A stretch of 64,000 nucleotides of DNA from Asterias rubens (Eukaryota): the NCBI RefSeq assembly GCF_902459465.1, contig NC_047077.1, forward strand, positions 10,912,001-10,976,000. Direction: 5' to 3'. Every line of letters starts with the position of its first letter. Within the stretch, counting starts at the first letter, position 1. The translations under genes were made by a program, and so were the position numbers. The notes under the pieces were generated by a model. The model was given only the letters and a program-made list of their open reading frames with translations. It was not told where the DNA came from and did not search any database. Shown here piece after piece: positions 50,304 to 61,800 of this stretch.

Positions 50304-51655
50304 TTATCTTCACAATGGTATTTTATTGCAACAGTCAAACATGAACTTGGAGTATTTTGTAACAATTTCACATAAAATGTATAAAACCATCATTGATTTT
50401 AACTTTAGAAGTTCTTTCTTGATATTTTTATATCCACCATTCCATCTGTAATCTCATCTAAATTTTAGCATAGGTTTTGGTTTAAACAAAATGGTGTCAA
50501 TTTTGTTTTCGGTCCATTGCGGAATGCCAAACTAAACACAAACAGCCATTATTTGTTCTGTGAATATTCGCCTACCAAAATCCATGGTATTTGGAGTAGG
50601 CCTCGTTTGATTTTAACAAATGCCACATGACCAAAAATCCTCCAATCAAACGACAAGGATCTACTTGGTTGGTACACAAATTAAATGCACATGTACATAT
50701 GAGCCATAAGGTTCCCAGGGTAAATTGACCCGGGCAGGCTGTCCTGGCCCAAAGGTCAGGCTGACCCAGTATTCGCAGGGAACCAGTCACAAACTGCGCA
50801 CAGAACATAACATTTTAGCTGGGGCCTTTCCCGATCTTCGGCTTAGGCTCTGGCTAACCCTTTTCAAGTATATGTAAGCAAAAGGGTTTGGTGCATAGTA
50901 AATGTTTGTGCCTCAATAATCAAAGCAGATCTACAGATGGAATTAGATTATGGTTCTAGAATGGTCAACTCGGTGATAAAATATGCCACCAAGAGTAGGA
51001 GGGTTACTTGAATTATTCATCTATTCTGTGAGTGATTAAAAATCTGTCAAAATACGAAAGAATTGAAATGTTTTTCTCAGTGTTCTTTTGTTCAAAATGT
51101 TGTTTTTGTAACAGTTCAACTTATCGGAACACTATGACTGGACATATAATGCAATTTTGAGTTCACAGGGCTTCTTAAAACTAACCCCTAGTGTCTTTGT
51201 TAGACATTGCACCCAACCAGGGCTTCGCAGAGGTAATGGTTGTCTTGGTACACAAGACATTCTGCGTTGTCATACACGTCCACTGATAAAGGGCGCTCTC
51301 TGTAAGCCATGAACCAGACCGACTTTTCGTATGATCATTTGTGCAAATCGTCCAATGGTTGCTACAAAATTGTCAAAATAGTGGTAGTTGGTGTAGCAAT
51401 ACTGGCTATGGCTGTTATTATTACTCATAGCCAAAGTCGTCAGCCTGTAACTGTAGCTAGAAGTCAAAAGCAGGTCACTCATTGGCCCATCCTGTTCACC
51501 TCGTGTATCCTGCACATATTCTATTGTTTCATCATCAATTTACACTAGTTATATTAAGACGACGGTGCGATGACATCAATGCATTCAAGGTCCTTTGGCC
51601 TAACCTCCAAGATGTTCCACAATAGTTTCAGTTTGGTTTGGTGCCTTACTAAGGG

Positions 51656-53296
51656 TTAACTCTCTGTGGATGATAACTCTGCCTTTTCTCGTTGTTTGTT
51701 GAAGGAACCCAACCTCTGTAGTACTTCTATTGATGAGAGACAGCTGCTTTTGAAGAGCACTTGTTTACCATCGTCTGAATGAAATATAATGATAAACGAT
51801 TAGAATAATGTTTACAAAAAACATGACATTCTTTCAGTAATAATGGGAAGCTATATGGCAAAATTAAACTTGCACTGGAACTTTTCAAGGGAAACCAGCG
51901 TTGACCAGTGGGAAAGACCAGGGCCAATAACAAGGGGGAATGGAAGTGCCAAGCCCTTGAGGAGCAGTGCTGCCTTGAATATCAATGGCAACAAACAAGA
52001 GATGTGCCCAATCCTGGCCAAACATTTGTAGGGTACAGTAGATGATGGATTTGAAAGAAGATGTGGCCATCCAGGGGCAAAGGGCAATTGCCAGGGGCAA
52101 CGGCCTGGGGCAAGGGCCAGGGGCGATGGCCAGGGGGCAAGGGCCAATCCTGGCCAAACATTTGTAGAGTACATGTAGATGATGGATTTGAAAGAAGAAG
52201 TGGCAATCTAGGGGCAATGGCTAGAAGGGATGGCCAGGACCGGTGGGCAGGGTTAGTGAATAGTCACTAGGCAGGGTTAGTGACTAGTCACTAGGGCCAA
52301 CGAGCAGGGCCAATTGCCTCAAGAATCAAGCCTGCAGTACTACTGTACTATCCAAAACAATGTCTATTGTTCTGAAGATACTTACCAAACAGCACGGTGA
52401 TTGCAGGATCAGAACCGTCATGTTTGACCTTTGACTTCACTAGGCATTTTGGATTGGTATTGATGACGGGGCCACTTCGAACACGGCTCAGGAATTGCCT
52501 GCATTGTAGATATGGGTGTATAAAAATTTACAAACATTATTTTATTATCATCATAAATATTTCTGGTTGGTTAATCAAACATTGAGGATGTACCTCAGTC
52601 ATTTATATGATGCATTTATTGAGCAAATTGTCACTGCCAGTGCCGGCTCCACCCCCCCCCCCCCCCCCCCCCCAGTGGATGAAGCCTCCTGTCATAATTT
52701 CATTGTGATTCAGAACTGCAATGCATTATGGGTAGGCAGAAGGGGCATTCGACGACCGTTTTGTATGTTGTCATGAACGACTTGCGATAACGTAACCCTC
52801 CTCTTGGCGGCCATCCGGAGGTTTACTTACGTTAATGCAACTAATGAACGAAGTGCGCATGCATAGCCTATATCTCTGTGCTTATCACAATAAACCTTTA
52901 AAAAAATGCCCAGGGACGGCTTTTTGCCTTAACTTTGTAAGTAAGTTTAACTTGCCTTAGCCCCTCCACCCGGCCCAACATTTAACAACAATGGTCAACC
53001 ATCCCACTTCTCTTTTCAAACTGTTGGACACATGTTGCTTTAACTTTGTTTCTTTATTTTAATTTCAGACATTCCTATTTGATTAAATTTATATGTTATA
53101 ATTTAATTTTGTTTATTCTGATTAATTAATAAGATTCTGAATCTGATTCACTGAATAATTTTATTATTTATTGCTCCATGATTAAACCATAATATTAAAC
53201 TCACCTTGCAGATTGAGCATTTGCTTCCCACGGGCAGAATTCCACCATGATACTCTTGATAAACTTTAGGGTGACGTGCTTAACAACCGCTGGCAT
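51656..53296 (-). CDS. MRPL53: Mitochondrial ribosomal protein L53, 3 exons, 107 aa
   Basis: Exons 53205-53296, 52386-52498 and 51656-51774: MPAVVKHVTLKFIKSIMVEFCPWEANAQSAR / QFLSRVRSGPVINTNPKCLVKSKVKHDGSDPAITVLF / DDGKQVLFKSSCLSSIEVLQRLG..., matching the VQFCPFE..R, TN..C, HDGSEP and F.DG pattern of mL53. Confidence 0.88.
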
Positions 53297-53388
53297 TTTG
53301 AGATTTCTTTATGCAGCGAGCTAGTTTTTGTGTGTTGAAGAAAATGAAAAACCTCTCTGGAAGAACCTTTAAAAACAACACACACACA

Positions 53389-54047
53389 GGGTCCTACTAA
53401 AAGCCGACAACTCGCCGACAACGCCGACAACAAGTCCAGAGCGCCGACAACTCGCCGCCAACAAGTTTTAATTACCTCGAAAATTGCCAATATACCATAG
53501 ATGTATTAGAACTATATGTGTTCTGTAATTATAAACATAAATTTAATGGAAAAACTTCACGAAAAGTGTGAATTTTTAACCAGAAAAAAAACTGAACGTT
53601 AACGGAAAACGGTCGCACGCCATCTTGGCTTAAAATCGTGTTCGGACCAGCCCATTATGATGCGGGTGAGTCAGACTTAGCAATAGAGGGCGGGCGTCAT
53701 GCACTGTGCACACTGCAGTGAAGGTTTTCACATGAAGCCCGCCCTCTGTTGTTGACAAGTGCTAAATCTACCCGTATCATAATGGTCTGGTCCAAACACG
53801 GTTTTTAAGCCAAGATGGCGTCCGACCGCTTTTCGTGCAAGTGAAGTTTTTTTCTGGTTAAAAATTCACACTTTTTGTGAAGTTTTTCCATTAACTTTAT
53901 GTTTATATTACAGAACACATATAGTTCTAATACATCTATGGTTTATTGGCCATTTTTGAGGTAATTAAAACTTGTTGGCGGCGAGTTGTCGGCGCTCTGG
54001 ACTTGTTGTCGGCGTTGTCGGCGAGTTGTCGGCTTTTAGTAGGACCG
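53389..54047. mobile_element. Foldback element D, near-perfect palindrome of about 660 bp
   Basis: ggtcctactaaaagccgacaactcgccgacaac ... gttgtcggcgagttgtcggcttttagtaggacc; the arms pair to within about 30 bp of the centre; flanked by CACACACA on both sides. Confidence 0.88.
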
Positions 54048-55093
54048 CACACACACACATGGATTGGAACCTCCGCTACTGGTCGGGCTCCAAGTTGAGG
54101 CCAGCCAATTTTTTTATGAACACCGTCAACGTCCGTCACTCACCATCCAGTCTACCTCCATGCACTAACAGTAACACACATTTTGATGCACCTGTTTTCA
54201 ATTATTTGACGAGACAATAAACGAAAACTATTAACAAAACCGCATAAAATCCAAACTAATTCTACCTCCATGATGTGAACAACAAGGCAGTAGCTCCACT
54301 TTTGTGTTGCCCACACAAAAGTGAGGGTATAAAAGCACACCTTGAAAAGAGACTACGGCCCTTTTCGAAACTACGGCTCCGGCTTTTGATTCGGCTCAGG
54401 CTAGCTTCCAGTTGTGCGTGATTCTTTTTATAAGAGGACGGAGCCTGAAGCAGAATGCAGCACAAAGGCCGTTGTTTCGAAAAGGGCCTAAGGAGGGCGC
54501 TATGTTTACCATTAATTAGCATTGACGTCAATGTCACTGTGGGATACGCAATACAATATGGCGGAAATGAAGTGACTGATAACGCATAACGCATTGTGAG
54601 AACAAAACCAGAACCAACTGAGTAAGTTTATTTCCACAGTTTTTCAAGCTTTATTTCATACTTGACTTATGTGTTCTTGGTTCTTATATGAAAGCATTAC
54701 ACTTAACTTCTAATTCAGTGTTTCTGTTTCCAATTCCACATGATTTGTTTGTTCTCCTCATTACATTAGTAATAGTAGAGTCGAGTCAGTCAGACTCATC
54801 AGCACTGCATGCAGCAGAAGAGAGTTTTGTTTTTAACTTTTCATTTAATTCCTTCACGGAAAACTTTCCGTATGGCGCCACCACCTTTTTACTCATTTTT
54901 ACAAAAAGGGATATCTCATTTATCTCATTGAGGTAAATTAGTAGTTATCGCAACTAGTAAATTAGATTAGATACTATATTATTTTTTATTTTCCAACTTT
55001 ATTATATTTTAAGAAAAGAAACAATTAGTGAATTACAAATTGCATTTGATTCAAACTCGATTTTAACGCTACCTTTCTAATCTTCTTGTCCGG

Positions 55094-55808
55094 TTAAAGC
55101 CATTATACACTTTCGGAACAGAAACAAAAATAAAAGTTCACAGACTTACAAAGAACTGACAGGGTCTACAGAAGGTAACGGTTAAAAAAAGACTTCTCTT
55201 GAAATATTATTCCATGAAATGCTTTACTTTAAATACCGACAACTCACGACCCCTCACGACAACTCACAACAACAATTTTTAAATGCACTTTAACAGAACA
55301 TTTGAACATTTATGTCAACCGTTAAATATATGCACAAGAGTCATATGCACCCAAATCATTTTTAATTGTAAAAAAGGTGTTTTTTTACCTGAATGTAGTA
55401 ATGAACGGTAATATCCGCCATGTTGTCTTTCGACGCACTTGGACGATTCTATTACACCGCAGGGGGCGAGGTAATTTCTGAGGGCTGATTTTTATTTTTT
55501 CGTTTTGGTTTTAGCTGCTGATTTTGTCTTTCTTGTTAGTAACTAAGCCGCCACTCTGGAATGCGAAGACATTAAAACAATTATCAAATCTCGATATCGA
55601 GAATAACAGATTTATTTTAAGCACCGTATGTCAATGACACGGCGAAACGCGCGGAAACAAGGGTGGGTTTCCCCGTTATTTTCTCCCGACTCCGATGACC
55701 GATTGAGCCTAAATTTCACAGGTTTGTTATTTTAAATGTTAGTTGTGATACTCGAAGTACATGGGCCTTTGGACAATATTTTTAACCGCTGTTGTGCGAT
55801 TGCTTTAA
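55094..55808. mobile_element. Family B copy split by an insertion of about 340 bp related to element D
   Basis: B left half ends at gaaatgctttacttt (55229); accgacaactcacgac.. follows; B resumes at acattaaaacaa (about 55568) and ends gattgctttaa. Confidence 0.7.
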
Positions 55809-55859
55809 TTTGCAGAACTAAACCACAGAGTCCCAACTCGGTACTCTCCAGCGTCTAGT

Positions 55860-58800
55860 ATGGCCGATGAGCCGGCCAGAAAGAAAGGGAAGAAGAAGAA
55901 GGGTGTCAAGAAGGTGCGGTTGCCCCCAGTAGAAGCTGAAGACGCCTCCCTGAAGGCGTCTGGTTTGACGGACGCAGAGGAGCGTCAGAGAGGACACAAA
56001 GATGACTCTCGAGACAGTCAGAAAGATGGTGAGTTTGACGATGGCTCTGCATAGGGCTGCTCAGAATAACTGGGCCTTTAATTTTGCCATGCTATAATTA
56101 AGTAAATTTACCACAACCATTTCAGCCATTAAGCGAGTTTTACCACGCTATCAGAGGATAACCTGCTAATAATTTGCTATTTGAAACACTTGTTGAGCAT
56201 CTGTTTGGCTATGAAGTGAATTAGGCCCTAAAGTACTCTACAAAGTACTATTTAAAGAACTTTTAAAGCAAATGAAGTTCATAAATAAGAAAAGAGTAAT
56301 GTTTTTAAATAGTTCTCAAAATGTTGAGAAAGGGGCAGGCGCAGGCGCGTTTCCCAATTTTGGCAGTTAATTTTATTATCCAACGCATAGGCCTAAATTA
56401 CTGCAGATAAAACATACAAAATGTAGATAATAAAATTAATGTGAATGTTTTATTGTTCATTTTCACTGCCTGTTTTGTTTGGTGGTTGATTGCATCTTAT
56501 GTCATGTAGAAGATTTTAAATCAGCAGTGAATATCTTTCCAATTTTGAATGGAGGAGTGCCAAATGGTATCTTAAAAGCCCACACATACTGTATTTATGA
56601 GTGGATTTCAAATATTCGGTCAATATGTTTTTAATTTCATACAACATTCCTTTTTTATCGTATGAAAAGAAAATGAGGGTAAAAGGGAGATCACTATCGA
56701 TAAGAAAGAATTAGGTGACAAAGAAGCTGATCTTGCGCAGCTCTCCACCCCATCACCGCATGATGCTGTGGCAGTAGACGGTGAAAACTCTGATCAGAAA
56801 GCCCCTGAAGCTGAGGTTAAACTTGCAGACTCAGACGCCGATCTGCCTCCAGGGGGTGAACACCAATCGGATGTTCCTAATCCAGAGGGTATTAAACAAT
56901 TGTGACTTAGTCATCGCATTGGTAGAGTTATGAAACAGCACAAGATTTCATCTGCACTGCATTCAAAATCATTGACGAGTTTGGAGTTTCATCGTACAAG
57001 TCATGTTTGTAGATTAGTACAAGCCATTATTATATCACTTTCTATGACTATAGATTTTCCCTGTACGTGTATAAAGCATGTATTGCTTCAACTTAAAAGA
57101 AAAATAAGTCACAAACAATGAAAAAAGAACAGGGCTAAAAGTTTAGCAGACCAAAGACCGGTGATTCAGTACTTTTGATTCTGATGATTTTACCATTGGG
57201 TTGATAAACTGAGACTTGGACAACTACTAAACATGTCCACAGGTTTACATTAAACTTACACTGTTTGAAGATAATGAAAGTAAGCGTACCTTAAAATATT
57301 AGTTGCTGAGGTGCTGTAGTTTTTAAGAAATGAGTTAAACAATGGCATGAAAATCTGTTTTCACATGCTAAAATAATTTCCGTCTCATGATCACTGAGAC
57401 GAAAATTATTTTCAAGACATTGTTTTACTCATTTCTCAAAAACTACAGCACCTCAGCAAGTAATATTTTCAGGGAAGCGTTCTACTATCATTATCTTCAA
57501 ACCGTGTCAGTTTAATGTAAATCTGTGGACATTGTGTTTTTCTGTCCTTCAAAAAGTACATAGACCCTTTAAAGGCAGTGGACAGTGGAGCAAAAAAGTT
57601 TTGTTCAAGTTGACTTTGAGCCTGTTGAAAATATTTTAATTCTGTCGAGTATCAAAGTACACTCACCTGTAAGACTAAGATAAATATTCCTTTAGGTTTG
57701 TTAAAATAAAATAGTCAACGTGGTAAACTTTGTAGAAAGTTATCTCTTATTGAGATTCTGCTCTACTTGTACAAATTCTGGTCGAGTAAAAACTCACAGC
57801 TACAAGCACTAAAGGGGCTAGTTTCACTGTATCATTCGATAGTGTCGCAAGAGTAGTTGGACCTGTCCATTGGAGTGTCCATTCTTGAGTCAAGGGCTCT
57901 AAGGCATCTTCTCCAATGCAGCGGCACAGCTGTTTGAGGACTTTGTAAATGTCTATGGGAACATATTAAGGTGCCCCAAGGCAGTGACCATCAGGGGCAT
58001 GGAGGCAACTGCCTCCATTATCTTTTAGTTTGTAGAACAATCATTCTAGTTCATGGCTAAATAGCATCACTTGCTGTCACACACACTGGAATTAATATTT
58101 CCAATCAATCAGAAGCCACTCAACCTGTAACTTGCGTATATAGCCAGGGACCACGCCCAAGTTTACAATACAACCAGGGAAGCAACAACAGAGGGACTAC
58201 CCAGGTTCCAGGATGTATCGTAAACTTGGGTCTGATCCCTGGCTATGCGGGAGTTACTCGGTTGAATGGCTTCTGACTGGCACCCCTTAAAAAAGAAATC
58301 GACAAAAGTTCATAATAGGGAGACCACTAACATTTGGGCTAGATTGTATATAATACGTAGCTCAGTTGGTAAAGCACCAGCACATTAATCCAGACATTGC
58401 AAGTTAAAATCCCGCTCTTGCAATTGGTATTATATATTTTCTTGAAATCAAAAGTATTAAAAATTCACCTAGTCACTTTCCATTGTGGTTAATTACTTTG
58501 ATGATTGAATTTAGTTACAGGAAACCTACTATGGTAATGGTGGCATCATAAAAGCTCATTCCAGCAAGATTTACATTTATCTATTTTTTATCTGACACTA
58601 ACAGAAAACTTTGTTTTGATTGTAGGAATCCCGGAAGCCCAACCAAAGACCCCTTCCCCAGCTCCTTCTGGTGACAACCGTCCACTCTCTCCCCATGTTG
58701 ACCCAGAGGTAAAGACAACCAATGAAGATCAGCCTGCAGAGGAGGCTAAGACAGACACTGTGATTACGATGGAAGATCAGCCTGGGGAGGAGACTAATCC

Positions 58801-61800
58801 TGATGCTGTGGCAGAGGAGGCAATCAAGGATGGAGAGAGAGTTGTGTCGCCAAATCCTTTAAGTAGAGGTTAGTATTTGTTCTTGTAGCCCAAGAAGGGT
58901 TCACCCCTAACAATTTTGTTACATGTCTCTTGTTTTTTTAAAAGTAGGATCATAGATTGGTTTTTGTCAACGTAGTGCTCGTTTATAGGCAGACTTACAC
59001 ATGTATAAAGAAGGATAAAATAAACATCACATGTAACAAATGCAGGCCGTCATTTTTTCTATTATTAAAAACCGTATTTGATGATGTTGAATGGTCAGAG
59101 AGTAGGAGGGTTCACTTTGTAGATTCATTCACCACATGATATTGTAGGTGCGTACAATCATCATTCAAAACCATGAACACCAAAGTGGGTATAATTATTG
59201 AATGGTCAGACAGTAGGAAAAACGGCTTTTGATTTACCTGGCACACATGTTCAGTCCTTCTTTCGGCCAGACAGCCGATGTAAATTGTTGATACACAATC
59301 AGTGTTTAGTAGAGCGACATTGTGGGCTTTCCCTAGGTGCTGTCCACGATCCATTTTTTAAAGTATTTCCTGTTAAATTTAGGAGACATACACCTTGTGG
59401 CGACGGGTAATTGTTTTACTTTTATGCTCTCTTGGGCATCCCACTGTTGTTTAGCAATAATTTGATATTTTTAATGATTGTGTTATGTACATGTGAATTC
59501 TTTGGCCGAATAAATGTTATTATTTTGATAAAAACCTGCACCCCACAATGTCAAAACCCCCTACAAGTACAGTTCCTACCTAAAAATCATGCCAAAATGT
59601 CTAAGCATATTCCTAAAATTGAAAGAGCTTTTCAAAGACAATTTCCTACTCCCCCGTGTTTGAGCTCAACAGTTGTTACAGTAACTGAATAAAAATCTTT
59701 AATCATTGTCGTTTGTACTAGATGATGCTGTGTCTGAAAGGTCTTCCACTCCAGCAGTCCAGCAGCCAATCGTCCAGCCAGTCCCTCGTGCACTTGACCT
59801 CGGTGACAGGGACTTTGATAATATAGACCCTCGAGAGATGGGTATAGATTACCTGTCTGACGAGGAGTACCAGTATGGTAGGTCAACATGTAACCCCTGA
59901 AAAGTGTTTCAACATTAATTTTCCCAAATCCTTTGTCATTGTTGTAACCAAGTAATTTTTTCCTCAAGTTAAGTCAAGTCGTAAATTATCTTTGCTCAAG
60001 TCGTGCAAGTCAAGTCGAGTCACAAGTTAAATTTTTGCAATTCATAAGATATAATTAAAGATATAAAGAAGAAAAAAGAAAAACCACTATTATCAAAAAG
60101 TTACAAAAGGTAGATACAAATTTTGCACAAGAAACAATGCCAAAGGATTTAAGAATAAAATCCATTCATCACATACAACAAGATTCAAGTTAAGTCAAGT
60201 CATTGTCTCGAAATAAGCCCACGGCAGTGACTCGAACAGATACCCATACATGTATTTCTCTATCTCTAACCTACTTACGTGTAGCAAGCAGGATATCAAA
60301 GTCGTCTGCAAGTATAGCGGATAGCGAGTAGTATATGATGTATCTGTCGCCGTATCCCTGTGCATGCGTCACCTCCCTTTTATCTGCCATTCCTTCATCA
60401 CTTACAAGTTATCCCATCTCGTATCTATTACAGAGCCTCCAGAGCGCGACGACCTTCCAGACCTCAACAAGTTAATGGACACCTTGGACGGAGGAGAGTC
60501 GGACCTAGAAGCTGACGTTGAGCCGCCATCGTTCTTCCAGAGACCCGAGCACGAACCAAACTACAAGAAGATCTCAAATCTCCGACAGGAAATGGAAGAG
60601 GAGGAGATTGACCCTTACATCAGCCAGTTTGACGATACCATCAAAGATGATGTGTTGATGATTGGTAATATCTCACTGGAAGAAGTCCAGGTACCGTACA
60701 ATAATAACATTTGATTCAACCATTGATCTCTCTCCATTATATTGACTGGATAGGAATGTTGCGCAGGATCGAGTAGGGACGCAGTCTTTCAAGAAGGTCT
60801 AAAAACTGCAAATGCAGTCATCATACAATTCTGTACACAACGCAAACAAGTTAATTTTGGTATTGGAGCAAACGAATTCCATCAGATTTTGCCTATTTAT
60901 TAGTAGTTTTAGAAGAAAACTTTTAGGAAATTTAATTTATACCCAAAGGATCAAATGCATCAATGGTGAAATGTTGTGCAGTAATAGGTTGCCAGATCGC
61001 TAGATGTGTCCAATCCAGTCATTATGATTGAGATCAATGATTCAACCTTTCCAACAGTAGGTGTTTTATTGGATGAGTTACACTGTTGGTTGCACTTGTA
61101 GTTGAATAATGGTGTAGTCTGAATTTAAAAGTACACCTCTATGAGGGACACACAAATAAGCACCAAGGCAATGACCAAGGCCTGGAGGCAGTTGCCTATT
61201 TTGCCCTTTTGAAAGCTCGGGGCTGGATGACACCTGGGCCTAATTTCATGGCTCTGCTTACCTTAATAAGAATTTGTGCTTGCGGAAGCAGGGATCTCCG
61301 CGCTTAAGTCAAGCATGTTTCTCAGGTTAGCAGCAAATTGTGCTTGCGTGTGGCGTATGTTGGTGGGGATTCTTCGCTTTAAACAGCAAGAGCGGAAGTT
61401 TGGTGTTTGCCGTTTATGCAAAGAATGTAGTTCGTTACGGCATAAATCAGTGGTAAGCAGAGCCATGAAATTGTGCCCAGATGTTTGAGCTTCCGAATTT
61501 GGTGCCTTACTCCGTGACCATTAAAACATGCAGAGGATCCTGCGGCCGATTTCGGGAAACACTAGGATTAATCCTATCTCGAGAAAGAACGAGTAGCTCG
61601 TCCAAACTTAGGATGGGTTCAATGCGCCCTAACGTCTTTGATGGAACTGAACTTGTCCCAAGTCCTAAGATTGATCCTAAGTTGGGAAGAGTTTGGTCAA
61701 ATTGACGGCTACTTCTTTGTGTCTTACCTGTTTGACATTCTTTTTTCGGCAATGTAGGAGGAGGAGCGACGTCTTCGAGATGAGCACATTGCATTCCAGC

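Noticed and set aside
51270-51548. ORFs between MTERF3 and MRPL53
   Set aside because: No recognisable motifs or consistent splice sites; likely 3' UTR sequence.
50304-55800. UQCRB next to MTERF3, as in human
   Set aside because: No matching exons found on either strand; MRPL53 occupies the position.
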